The translations under genes and the position numbers were made by a program. The notes beneath the pieces were generated by a model that saw only the letters and a program-made list of their open reading frames with translations, was not told the origin of the DNA and searched no databases. This document shows, piece by piece, positions 37,340 through 50,681 of a stretch of DNA of 64,000 nt. Every line of letters starts with the position of its first letter. Position 1 is the stretch's first letter. This DNA is from Octopus sinensis (Eukaryota): contig NC_043009.1 of the NCBI RefSeq assembly GCF_006345805.1, forward strand, positions 36,456,001 through 36,520,000, written 5' to 3'.

Positions 37340-39900
37340 TATATTAAGCATTGAGAAATAATTTCTTGAATTTCACTGATTTGATAACTTTCAGCTGCAG
37401 TGCTTGACTTCTGTATAGATTCAAGGTCCCAATCTTGTTAATCATGTGTTTTGGAATATTGAAGTTTTTGCAACATTTGCCATATCTTTTCAGGGAAAGA
37501 ATTCCTCCCCCACCCCTTTTCTCTCTCTCTCTCTCTTTTTTCTTTCTTTTATACGAAAAACCTCCGTTTTCTGATACGGAGATTCCGGAAAATTGCCAAC
37601 AATCGGCATTTTGAAATTTCGGCCCCTCCCTGCCCCTTCCCCCAATTTCTTCATTTTTCACTTTTTCCCTAACCCTAAAACCTAAAACACTAACCTAACC
37701 CTAAAACCTTAACCCCTAACTCTAAACCCTAACACCCTAACCGTAACTACAAAAATTTTTTGAAATTCTTTTTTCAGAATCATAATCTCCGCATTTTTCA
37801 TCTTTTGAAAAAAAAAAAAAATTTCTGAAAAAAGTTAAAAATGAAGAAATTAGGGTGGGGTGGGGTAATTTCAAAATGCCGATTTTTGCCAAATTTTTGC
37901 AGATTCGTATTCTCCGTAGCCGAAAACTGGGGTTTGTGTAGAATAAATAAATAAAAGGAGTGTTTTTGGTGGAGTACAAAAGGAAGTCTTCCAATCAGGC
38001 AATATTTTATAGACATTATTGATCTAAGTATAGGAAGATGCATTTTCAATTTTGATTTGATTACACTTATACTACTGAACAAACCGTTCAGTTTCAGAAT
38101 TTGAGTTTGGCAATACCAATAGATTAATGGCAAAATTTGCAACATCTCTAAAAGGATTTCCTCCAGTAGCATCTTTATATTCCAAGACTTTCAGCCAGAA
38201 TGCCTCAGTATTAGACTTATTTGTCCATTTAACTAAATGAATGCTATTAAACTGAATTTCAATTGAAGCAATTTTTTCTTCATTTAAATGCATTGACAGG
38301 TGAAATTTTGCTCTTTGAAATGCTGCAAAATATTCTCTACTGAAAAATAGTTTTATGTTCTTCAGGTTATAAAATGAGATAGGGGTTTAATATTTCCTGG
38401 CAAACGGTGCTTGAGTTCTTTATAAAGGTAGAGTAAAAAATTTCGTGCTCTTTTGCAAATATTATTTTCTTTGGTGGCTGTTACAGTCTTCTTGATAATC
38501 ATTTCTGCTATCTTGCTCTCGAACCTGTAGCCTAAATTTGGTTTAGGATCCAGAATTTTTTCAATAGAAGCATCCGGATCAAGAGGATCAATTCTACATG
38601 TTGGCAACACTATCATATTAGCAACAGATTTGATCAAATTTGAAAGCTCTTCAAGTAATTTTGTTTCGTCGACAGTGTTTAATTCAAACAGTTTATTCAC
38701 TTACTCTTTACACTTGTTTCAGTCATTTGACAGCGGCCATGCTGGAGCGCCGCCTTTAGTCGAGCAAATCGACCCCGGGACTTATTCTTTGTAAGCCCAG
38801 TACTTATTCTATCGGTCTCTTTTGCCGAACCGCTAAGTGACGGCGACGTAAACACACCAGCATCGGTTGTCAAGCAATGCTAGGGGAACAAACACAGACA
38901 CACAAACATATTCACACACACTTATATATATATACATATATACGACAGGTTTCTTTCAGTTTCCGTCTACCAAATCCACTCACAAGGCATTGGTCGGCCC
39001 GGGGCTATAGCAGAAGACACGTGCCCAAGATGCCACGCAGTGGGACTGAACCCGGAACCATGTGGTTGGTTAGCAAGCTACTTACCAAACAGCCACTCCT
39101 GAACATATTTTGAAATTGGATAGAAAAATAATTCCTATAATCACAAAACATTTCATGTAACGTTTGTGCTGTAAAGCATTTTTCTTTTGTAGTTGTAGTT
39201 TGGAAGTGAGTTTGCAATTCAAACCATTGGCTTAAAATTCTGTTTACCACTTGTTCTACGGAGAGTCACCTAGTTGTACAAGAATTCACGATCTTCAAAG
39301 ACTCTTTATCGTTGATAGCAAGATAAAGTTGTTTTTTAGGCACTTTGTCTTGTTGAAGAATGAGAGGACCGTTTATAGGTTTCGGATACTAAAAATTCTA
39401 AATTTATGGGCAAGGATTCAGCACAAGTGTGGGATACTGCCAACTGTAAAGAAAGACATACACATCTAAATAGAAGTAATGATGGAATTTCTTTTAATTT
39501 CTGGAAAACACCATTGTTGACACCTATCATTACTCTAGCATTATTGGTTCCTATAGCCAATAAATTTTTTATATCTAATTTCTTTTTCACTAATTCAATT
39601 TTTAAAGCATCTACAATGCCATCTGCATCACATGTTTCTAAAGTTACCATAGTGAGATATGTATGTACCACTTTTTTGTGAGTGTAACTATAATATATGG
39701 TAACAATTCCTAACAACTTGTTTATCGATATATCATTGAATTCATCTAATAACAAGCTAAATTTTCTATCTCCTGTATCTGAAATCAAATCTCCGTCAAA
39801 ATATGGAGCTAGAACATTTCTCACAATATTTGCACATTTTGTACGATGCAGCTTCACTTTGGATATAATATCAGTATCAGACGTATAATTCTTACATAAC
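37340..39900 (-). mobile_element. hAT-superfamily transposase fossil, fragmented by SINE and MITE insertions
   Basis: FSLLLDEFNDIS, GTNNARVMIG and CVCLSLQLAVS (CxxH-like) motifs; hATC-like LLVLPNSNSETER; C-terminal KYCLKRYGKCC is restored after removing 37495-37999. Confidence 0.88.
37495..37994. mobile_element. MITE-like insertion with long imperfect TIRs and a (CCCTAA)-like core
   Basis: Flanked by a TCAGG direct repeat (37490-37494 and 37995-37999). Inverted arms about 37551-37660 and 37835-37939; degenerate CCCTAA repeats at 37668-37742. Confidence 0.75.
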
Positions 39901-39903
39901 TCT

Positions 39904-40036
39904 ATTTACTTTCACTTTGACGGTTTTAAAATAAGCCTGTGTTTTGGATTAGCTGTGATCACTTTATTAAGTGTTAATCCAAAACAAGCACAAAAAAACA
40001 CAGGCCTATTTTAAAACAGTCAAACTGAAAGTAAAT
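39904..40036. repeat. Hairpin MITE-like element (42-bp arms, 3 mismatches)
   Basis: ATTTACTTTCACTTTGACGGTTTTAAAATAAGCCTGTGTTTT (39904-39945) pairs with 39995-40036. Confidence 0.8.
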
Positions 40037-40426
40037 CAGTCAACCTGTCATTATAAAAACTCATTACTACAGAATAAAGCATTGTGAGGACAATTTTCCA
40101 TGCTTTCATTCTTTGCAACAAATTTACGTTGTATAGTGAGTTCAGGTGCTGACATGAGTTATCTTCTCCCCTTCCCCACCACTCTTTATCCAAGTCGGTG
40201 GCGGCAGGTCTCGAAAAGTTCATAACTGGATAAACTTTCATTTGAAGTTTCGAGATGTGAAAGAAAAATTTGAGGACGCTGAGGTAACTATTGTGGATTA
40301 AATCGATCCAGAGTAACTATTGCGGAAATGTCATGATCAGAGAAAAATGCTGAATAAAATTTTAAACCTATTTTCCCTGCTAAATGCAAGATTCAAAAAT
40401 TTTCTGCTAAACGCTGAAAAAAAAAA

Positions 40427-40692
40427 GGATCTTTTTATTTTGAAAGCCAGATTTTTCAGATTTTTCTAGTTAACTAAATAATTTGAAACTTAGGCCGTAA
40501 ATGATATGAAGTCGAAAGAAAGAATACCATTGGTTAAAATTCGAATTATTAAACAACGTTAAACTTAGAAATTACAATTCCGTTTTCATTTTGGTTTACA
40601 ATTATGTTTTCTTTTGACACATTCTACCAGTATACGAAGTTTCAAATTGTTTAGTTAACTAGGAAAATCTGGCCTTCAAAATGAAAAGATCC
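40427..40692. mobile_element. MITE-like element with about 56-65 bp inverted arms
   Basis: GGATCTTTTTATTTTGAAAGCCAGATTTT...CTAGTTAACTAAATAATTTGAAACTT (40427-40491) pairs with 40637-40692. Confidence 0.75.
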
Positions 40693-43600
40693 GGCAAATG
40701 ACTGAAAATACAAGAAAAAATTATGCATTTAGCCAACAAAGTAGAGTTTAACTCTACTATAAATACAAAGTCGGGTTCCTCAAATTGCACTCTATAGTCT
40801 TGCCAGCGGAGGTAAAGAATACGCACACCACCCGTTTTCGGCGTAACGATGACCCTAACCTTAAACACCGGGTGTGCGTATTCTTTACTTTTGCCATCTT
40901 ACCAAGGGGAGAAAACATGAGTGATGAAGTCCTATGTAATACTCGAGAAAAAAAAAACAATCGATTAAATCGAACCTTCATCGCGGACCCCATGTACATA
41001 TACATCTTAGTTGATTTAGCAAATACATTGATTTCATGAAAGCGCCATTTGATAAAACCTCATCCACCCCCACCCTGGACTTCTTTTTTCTTTAATCTTT
41101 CTATGCACCTGTCCATCTGTATATTTAATATTGATTTCAGCGTTCATGAAATGCTTCATCTGGGACCATCTTACTCTATATCCCACTCATTAAGAGAGGC
41201 AAAGCAAGTGCGCGTGTAGGGAGCAAGTCGCTCCCCGAGTACAAGGGTGAAGGGGCTCAAAATTTCATTTTGCTTTACCATGACTGCTAATTAAGGTCGG
41301 GGCTCTAAGATTGTTTTTACCCCTGCGATGCTGAGAACACTTGTCATAAGCTTTATATAAAACATGAAAGCCTTTTTTTTCTTTTATTTTTTTTTACGTG
41401 TTTTAGTAATTTGACTGTGGCCATGCTGGAGCACCGCCATTAGTCGAGCAAATCGACCCCAAGACTTATTCTTTGTAAGCCTAGTACTTATTCTATCGGT
41501 CCCTTTTGCCGAACCGCTAGGTTACGGGGACGTAAACACACCTGCATCGGTTGTCAAGCGATGTTGGAGGGACAAAGACAGACACAAACATATACACACA
41601 CACACACATATATATATATACAACGGGCTTCTTTCAGTTTCCGCCTACCATCTCCACTCACAAGGCTTTGGTCGGCCCGAGACTATAGTAGAAGACACTT
41701 GCTCAAGATGCTACGCAGTGGGATTGAACCCGGAACCATGTGGTTCTTAAGCAAGCCGCACAGCCACTCCTACGCCTAATAATATTGATTTCAAATTTTG
41801 GCACAAAGTCAGCAAATTCAAGGGAAGAGATAAGTCGATTACATCGCTCAGTGCTCAACTGTTACTTATTTTATCGACCCCGAAAGGATGAAAGGCAAAG
41901 TCAACCTCGGCGGGATTTGAACTGAGGACGTAAAGACGGCCGAAATACTATTTCTTTACTACCAGCAAGGGGCCAAACACAGAGAGGATAAACAAGGACA
42001 GACAAACGGATTAAGTCGATTATATCGACCCCAGTGCTACCCCGAAAGGATGAAAGGCAAAGTCGACCTCGGCGGAATTTGAACTCAGAACGTAACGGCA
42101 GACGAAATACCTATTTCACCCGGCGTGCTAACGTTTCTGCCAGCTCGCCGCCTTATATATCCTTTAATGTTAATTACGAGTATTAGGTCATATGCCAAAA
42201 TCTGAAATCAATATTAAATATTAGCTTTGTCTGTCTTTACATTCTAAGTTCAAATTCCGCCGAGGTCGACTTTGCTTTTCATCGCCTTTCAGGGTCAATG
42301 TAATCGACTTACCCCCCCCCCCCACCGCCCGGAGTTACTGGCCTTGTGCCGAAATTTGAAACCAATGTTAAAGGGTATATATACCTTTTGCTGTACTAAT
42401 AATTAATATTACAATTTTGCTCTACATCAAATTAACACAAGTATTAAGGATAATAATGCGTTTCCGACAGTGGGTATTTTCAATTGTTGGCATTGTATGA
42501 ATTTTGGATTACCTGGAACCTCTGTGAAATCGCTAGACATGCTAGAAACAGCAACCAGTTCTTCCCTAAATAACGCACTACCGTCTTATATAATGAAGTC
42601 CCAAATACCCTGAAAAAGACTAGATGCTCATGGCTGGAATGTCTTTGATCGTAAGTTCTGCTGGGTTAGAAATGACTCGGGACTAAACATCTATATATCT
42701 TGATAACTGTTTAACTTTGCCAACATGAATACAAAACATAAACACGTGTTGAGATCCAAGTTCCGTTCAAACTAAGAGATAACTTGTGGTTTTGGTCTCT
42801 TAAGTACCGCCGATAATTTTGATTAGTCAAAAGAACAAAAGAAACCATTCGTGTACGGAAGACAATTAAGGATTTAATATCACATTTACAATCGTGTATG
42901 TATTTTTACTTTAATATATGATATCTTTATAACAATTCGCTTCCTTCCTAGTCATTAGAAATTTCACTAGAAAATTATGCTTTGATTTAGATGTATTTTT
43001 TTAAAACTAGGTACAAGTATATTTCATAAGAGGTTAGTTGAATCTACTGCCAGCTGTAAAATAGTTACGACTATGTTCTGAGTTCAAATCTCGCCGAAAT
43101 TAACTTTGCTTTTCCTTCTTCCTAGTTCGACAAAATGAAATACCTGTCGAGTCCTGAGAATGATTTAATCTCTTATTATAAAATATTCCTATAAAACATA
43201 GTATATGTTAATGGACTTCTGAGATTTGCTCTGGTTTAGATGTACAAAGAAAAAAATCCCATTTCCTTGCTGCTAAATAGATGTAGATATTGGCTAAAAG
43301 TGGGTAGAAGAGAATCAGATAATGATAGGATATAAGAATAAATGATATTTCATTGCTGGTATTATTATTTTGACAAGATAGTCAGCCCTGATCAATGCTG
43401 GGTCTCCTATTACGTATCATTGACTTTTCTGACTGTAATAACACCGGTGATACACGTAAAGAGTCCCCGACATAAATCAAAGGTAACTACAGAAGCTCAT
43501 TCATTGCAGTTTGTTCCTGAGTGATACCATGTCATCTCATAAAATGCCGGGCAAATATTCATCAGCAAAACGACTCATTTTTTCTTTAAGTTTCAGTGTT

Positions 43601-45259
43601 AGGGACCTGTTATTTGTGTCTATGCTGTCATTCAACAGAAAACTTGTTGATTTGGTAACAATCGTTACATATAGGAATGCCCACATTTGGGGGTGGGGTG
43701 GAATTGTCCTCTTTTTACCTTTTTTTTAACGCCCCAGAGAATTACAAAGTTAAAAATTATATTTAAACTATCGGGAGTATTTCAGCTCAGAATAATGAGA
43801 CACTGAAAGTAAAGAGCTTGGCTTGTTAATTGGGAGGTAATCTAAACTAGATGAACATGTGGATACCAATGAATATAAAAAAGAGAGAGGGTGTGATAAA
43901 AAAAAAAAATTCAAATAAAGTAGATATCATATTGGTAGGGTAAAATCCAAGCTGTGTCCTCTTGAAGCACAGCTGCTTATTCCAGAATTATAATCCACTA
44001 TGCATTTGTTGTTGTATTGATGTGAGATACATTTTGAGTTGAAAATTCTGAGAATATTGTTTGTAACAAAACAGGAAATTGGAAATGTTTTACATATTTT
44101 TTATTCACCATTACACGTTTCACTTGCTAATAGGAATCACGAAGTTGTACATACTGAATAAAAATGTAAGAAATTTCCTATTAGAAAGGACAAAGGACTG
44201 TGGCACCTGGCACCTGGCTGTACTCAAGAAGACCCGTGTTATGTAAAGCACTCATGGTGGTGATGCCATTTAAAAGTGTCCATGTGGTGTCATGTAAAAC
44301 CACCTGTGTGGCAACACATAAAAGCATCTGTGCAGCATCATGTAAAAGCATCCAGCACACTTTGTAAAGTGGTTGGTGTTAGGAAGGGCATCCAGCCATA
44401 GAAACCATGCCAAATGAGAATGGAATCTGGTGCACCCTCCCCCTTCTCAGCTTGCCAGCTCTGGTCACACTGTCCAAACCATGCTAGCATGGATGACAGA
44501 CATTAGATGGTGATGATGATGATGATGAAATCCTTCAGACAGAAAATAGGTAGATAGATAGATCATCATCATCATTTAATGTTCACTTTCCATGCTGGCA
44601 TGGGTTGGATAGTTTGACACAAGCTGGATAGCTGCACCAGGGTCCAGTTGTCAGTTTTGACACAATTATGACAGCTGGATGCTCTTCCTAATCCCAACCT
44701 CTTTACAGAGCGTACTGGGTGCTTTTTATGTAGTACCAGCATGGGAGCTTTTTTTTATGGTGTCAGCACGGGAGATAAAATATTTTATTTACATAAAATA
44801 TTTTGTTCTGATTGTTTAGCTTTATGCAGACTCGTCTAAAAATTTTAGTCTTTCTTTCTTTCTTTCTCTCTCTCTCTTTTTCTCTCTTACTATCTCACCC
44901 CCTGTGTGTTATCTTTCTATTTAATATACCATCTATTTTTTTAAACTTATTTCTCTTTCATATATACATGCATACTTCACATGCTCACTTGTGTTTTAAA
45001 ACGTACTGTTAAGAGTTTTTACTTTGACTTTTGTTGAAAAAACACAGCTGATAACCCCAGTTAATCATTTGATCTTGATAAAATAATTAGGCATCATCTA
45101 CATACACACACAAGCAAAATATTTATATATGTATATTCATGCTTATAGATATTTCTTCACTCTCTCAAACATGTACTTTATACAAATAAAATCAAATAAA
45201 TAACAAAGGAACAGAAATTACATTATCAACATCTTTAGCTTACAGATGTTTCTGCTAGA

Positions 45260-45339
45260 AGCTCTGAGGAAGCTATAAGGTATGCTCATGCCCTCAGCTT
45301 TGAGTGTACTATATCGTATGGCAAAAACACTTGTAAGCT
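45260..45339 (+). ncRNA. Hammerhead-like motif with long loop II (same family as 47579-47659)
   Basis: AGCT-CTGAGGA-A-GCTAT-41nt-ATGGC-A-AAAA-C-ACTT-G-TA/AGCT. The G12 position reads A here but G in the 47.6 kb copy and in the adjacent inverted half-copy. Confidence 0.45.
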
Positions 45340-45497
45340 AATGAAGTTGATAACATGACTCCTGTTCCATTGTCATTTATTTAATTTCATATTACACTTT
45401 GTTCTTGTGAAATCTTTGTGAGTGTGTGTGTATATATATATCCATGTATAATTGGCATATATATCTTTGTGTGTGTGTGTATATATATTTATATATA

Positions 45498-45549
<52 letters not shown>

Positions 45550-46322
45550 TCATCATCGTTTAATGTTCGTTTTCCATGTTGGCATGGGTTGGATGGTTTG
45601 ATTGGGCACTGGCCAGGTGGCCACACCAAGATCCAATCTGATCTGGCAGTGTTTCTACAGCTGGATGCCCTTCCTAATGCCAACCACTCCGAGAGTGTAG
45701 CGGGTGCTTTTTATGTGCCACCGGCATGGGAGCCAGGCAGGCAGCACTACCAACAACCCACACATGCCATTGATTTAGGTACTTAAATTTAGGCACTTTG
45801 TAAGATCGGTATCATCTGCACACCCAAACAATATTAATTGAATATTAAGACTCCATGCAGGGATATTTGTACTTGATATTCCAGCTGTGTGTGTAGACAA
45901 CGCAACCCAGCTAAGTGAAGATATCCACTCTTGATAATTGAGACATGTACTTTTTATAAAGGTACTTTCTATTGTATTTTTATAAAGGTACTTTCTATAG
46001 TATTTCTGAAGTGTAGATTCCAAGTAAGGTGAATAAAATATAGTAAGGTAAATAAAATATTTATATTGTTTCTTTGGTCATATCTTTATTTTCTAAACTC
46101 ATTCTGCCACAGACATGACCAAAGAAACAATGTAAATATTTTGAGTTCCATTATTGATGTAAATATGTTAAGGAAATCATTGTATCCCTTATGTTTGAAG
46201 TCTATGTGATCATCTGATGAGAACAGTTTCTTTCAAATGATGTAATGTTTCTATTAATCAATTAAAGGAGTAACTTGAAACAGCTATAATGAATTGACAC
46301 CTGTACATCTTTGTTACTCATT

Positions 46323-46387
<65 letters not shown>

Positions 46388-46939
46388 CCGAGTGTATCAG
46401 CAAAATTGTCCAAATTTTAGATTCAGCTTTGAACCTTTGTATCTCAGGAATTCTTAAAGATAACTTTTAACGTGCCACCGGCTTCCGTGCCAGTGGCACG
46501 TTAAAAGCTCCAACCGATCGTGGCCGATGCTGGACCCCCCTGGCACCTGTGCAGGTGGCACATAAAAAGCACCCACTACACTCGCGGAGTGGTTGGCGTT
46601 AGGAAGGGCATCCAGCTGTAGAAACTCTGCCAGATCAGACTGGAGCCTGGTGCAGCCCCTGGCTTCCCAGACCCCGGTCGAACCATCCAACCCGTGCTAG
46701 CGCGGAAAACGGACGTTAAACGATGATGATGATGATGAACTTAATGGAGTTATCAGCAATTTTTCCAACACTATTGGACTCTACTTTGAGCAAGAAAAAT
46801 TGTTGATTACTCTCCAGAATTGTGAGGAAGTTGATCATGAACAAAAATGACATTTTCATAAATAATTAACCATCGGTCAGGATTGGGAGCTCACAAAGGA
46901 TTAGAATAATGTTCAAATGAAGCTTAAAGTTTTATTTCA

Positions 46940-47390
46940 AAGTGCCAGAGATAATTCTGACCAAAATTCCACCTTCTAGGCATCAAGAGTTACTCCTCTT
47001 TTGGTAATAACTTCCTCAACACTCTTCCAGACTGCCCCACAAGCTTTTTTAATGAATTCCTCATCAATGTCTTTCAACTACATCCTATGGCTGGAACTTT
47101 TGAGGGCTTGCAGAATACTGTGGGCTTCTCACAAATTTTTCTGACCAGTTCATTCTGGATGCTGAAATCTAAAAGGGTTCAAATCATGTGATGAAGGCCA
47201 AGTGCCCTTACCCCAAACCCGTTCCCAAACTCATCCTTGAGAAATTTTTGAGCCACTGCACTTGTGTGACAAGGAGCCCCATCTTGCTGTAATATAAACT
47301 TGAAGTTCTTAGTGATCTTCTTGAGGTTTCTCTCATCTCTTACTTCAGGATATTTAGAAAGAATTCAAGTGTTTACGTCTTTCAAAACCT
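46940..47390 (-). mobile_element. Tc1/maT-like transposase C-terminal fossil
   Basis: FILQQDGAPCHTSAVAQKFLKDEF, followed by degenerate WP..S.DLNPLDFSI in a shifted frame. Confidence 0.75.
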
Positions 47391-47419
47391 GAACATAAAT
47401 TCCTGTCAGTCTTTATATG

Positions 47420-47467
<48 letters not shown>

Positions 47468-47578
47468 CATCATCATCATCGTCATTGTTTAATGTCTACT
47501 TTCAATGATGATGATGATATATATATCTAAGAAAAAAAGATGACAAAGGGAAAAAACGATTATGCTGTGGACTTCATT

Positions 47579-47659
47579 AGCTTTCAGCTGTTTCTGCTAT
47601 TAGATGCAGTGGGCTCATAGATAGGTGCCTGAGTAACACCTTATAGTTTCATTGGAGCT
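47579..47659 (-). ncRNA. Degenerate hammerhead-like motif (same family as 45260-45339)
   Basis: AGCT-CCAATGA-A-ACTAT-loop-ATAGC-A-GAAA-CAGCTG-AA/AGCT; several core changes. Confidence 0.35.
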
Positions 47660-47788
47660 TCGAATATGAAGTGCAGTTTATTTGAGAAAAGAATTATATT
47701 TGTGTATATATATAGGAGAGGCATACACACACATATACACACCCATCCATACATGTACACACATATATCTATATATATATATATATAT

Positions 47789-49597
47789 AAAGGAAATGAA
47801 GAAAATGCTGACAAAATAATTTAAGTAAGGGAGAGTGTATTTAATTAGGTGAAAGTTCTTTTTACTGGTTGCGCATTTGTTATGCTTATCAAAAGATATT
47901 TTTTTAAGAGAGATAGAGTTCCTTTCTGATAGATTTTTTTCTCTTATCTGACTTTATGTTGGGTTTGCTGTCTCTTATATGTGAAAAAAGAGGCTCCAGA
48001 GTTGTTTAAGATTTGCTTGGTTTTGCGCCTAAAATTTCTTGTGGACAATGGTCAATACAATTTTGATTGGTCATTATAAAGGGGTCACGTGAATGTTTGA
48101 ATGGAAGTTGGTGTTGGGGTAAGAAAATAGGCTCCAGAGATGTTAAAATTTGGCTAGTGTTGTGCCTAAAATTTCTTACTGGTCATAATAAAGAGGTCAT
48201 GTGGATGTGGTCATAATAGAGGGGTCACATGAATGTTTAGAATGAATGTTGATGTGGGTGGTGTATGGAGTTTTCAAAAATAGCTTTGTTGAAAATTCTT
48301 ATTGTTCAGGCTGGTCAGTAGATGTCATGTGGATATTTTAAATAGCTTTTTAGCTTGTTGTTAAGGAGTGTATTTTCCGCTTGACTGAATTTGAGCTGGA
48401 TAAGTAAGTTCGTTTAGGACAGGAAGAGCTATATGTATGGGATGAAGTTGTGTGGCACAGGTATCAATATGTGCACTAAGTGCTATTTTTCTGTAACCCA
48501 ATTTTAGAATCTTTCCCCTCTACAAATGTAAAGACAATGCCACTCATACCCAGCGAATAACCATGGAATCCCACCTTATTAATAAATACAGACCACTTCT
48601 AAACACATCCCCCTAACACGAACCCACAACAAACACACTTACACCTGCACACACACCCTACACACACTTTTACCCAGATATTAACATCATGACACACGCA
48701 AATATATGGTTCCACACATACACATAATTTGATACGGGTGCAAAACATCTAACACTATTTTTTGGAAATGACTATAAATATTGACTTCACACAAACACAT
48801 TGCTTCCCGATACAGGCACAAGGCCAGCAGAACTATAAATATTGAAAATTGTACCCACACACGCACACATATATACATGCGCACGCGCCCCAACATACAT
48901 ATAAACACACACACATGCACACACACACACACGCACGCACACATACATACATATAGCTCTTCCTGTCCTAAACAAACTTACTTATCCAGCTCAAATTCAG
49001 TCAAGCGGAAAATACACTCCTTAACAACAAGCTAAAAAGCTATTTAAAATATCCACATGACATCTACTGACCAGCCTGAACAATAAGAATTTTCAACAAA
49101 GCTATTTTTGAAAACTCCATACACCACCCACATCAACATTCATTCTAAACATTCATGTGACCTCTCTATTATGACCACATCCACGTGACCTCTTTATTAT
49201 GACCAGTAAGAAATTTTAGGCACAACACTAGCCAAATTTTAACATCTCTGGAGCCTATTTTCTTACCCCAACATCAACTTCCATTCAAACATTCACGTGA
49301 CCCCTTTATAATGACCAATCAAAATTGTATTGACCATTGTCCACAAGAAATTTTAGGCGCGAAACCAAGCAAATCTTAAACAACTCTGGAGCCTCTTTTT
49401 TCACATATAAGAGACAGCAAACCCAACATAAAGTCAGATAAGAGAAAAAAAATCTATCAGAAAGGAACTCTATCTCTCTTAAAAAAATATCTTTTGATAA
49501 GCATAACAAATGCGCAACCAGTAAAAAGAACTTTCACCTAATTAAATACACTCTCCCTTACTTAAATTATTTTGTCAGCATTTTCTTCATTTCCTTT
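47789..49597. mobile_element. Penelope-like 3' fragment with an inverted copy of its 3' terminal region, forming 651-bp inverted arms
   Basis: Arms 47789-48439 and 48946-49597, about 99% identical. The spacer encodes PNFRIFPLYKCKDNATHTQRITMESHLINKYRPLLN (48497-48604, +), resembling a PLE GIY-YIG C-terminus. Hammerhead-like motifs at 49489-49528 (+) and 47858-47897 (-). Confidence 0.75.
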
Positions 49598-49645
49598 TTT
49601 TATATATCACAACTCGTGTTCCACATCTCCTTTTTTAAATATATA

Positions 49646-49684
<39 letters not shown>

Positions 49685-50681
49685 GATATATGTGCACGTA
49701 CACACTCATGCATGCACAAACACATGCTTCTTTCAGTTTCTTGGAAATTCACTCAGTTTGCCCATAGTTGTAGTTGAAGACACTTGCCCAAACATGTAGT
49801 TGTAAAGCAAATTTCTTAAATACATAGCCATGCCTACACATATAGAAAGAAATAATAGTGACCATGACCTTTGGTGATTTGATGTGCTTGAAAAGACTCA
49901 CCATGCCAAGTGAAATCATAGTTGCGGCTGATGCCAGTGACACGTAACAGCTTCCCTGCTGGTGTCTTGTAAAAGCACATGTGCCTGTGAGATGCAAGAG
50001 CGCCCATGCCAGTAACACGTAACAAGCACCCGCGATACTCTTGGAGTGGTTGGTATTAGGAAGGGCATTTGGCCATAGAAACCTCGCCAAATTCACTCTG
50101 GAACTTGGGGCAGCCCTACAGCTTACTAGTCCCAGTCAAGCTCTCTAATCCATGCCAGTATGGAAAGTGGACGTTAAATGATGATGAGGAATCGCACAAC
50201 TGGTTCAATCTTTCCCTCACCACCCTTCCTTACTTAAAGAAAAAAAAAAATAGGAACCTTGGAAATCTCCTGGTAAGAAACTCCACAGTATGCAGCTCCA
50301 AACACGCAGGCATTTTTAAATACACTTGCTCATGATGCATCACCTACCACTACCATTAACAACTCTACAACCATCATTGGGTCTAAGACATAACATCATA
50401 TTACTCAGGACGTCTGTTGCACCTTGTCTAACTTCATATAATGCATCATATGAAAACTTTGCAGTGCCCTATATATTGGAGAAACAGACCAATGTCTTGC
50501 TGATAGCTTTCAGAAGCATTTTTAAAGCTAAGCTACTACATATGCTTGGCCTATGTATTACCACCCATTTATATACAACAGGCCATTCCATTACTCAGTT
50601 GTATAGCATTTCCACATGTTCAAGGAAACAGAAAAAAACTTCTCATATTTGAACTTAGTATCATGTCACCAACAGGTATAA

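Noticed and set aside
37668-37742. Possible true telomere or chromosome-fusion site
   Set aside because: Short, degenerate and enclosed by inverted arms and a TSD; better explained as MITE-internal sequence.
46213-46295. CTGATGAG at 46214 and GAAACAGCTATA at about 46277
   Set aside because: The two halves do not connect through a credible helix II; too degenerate to call.
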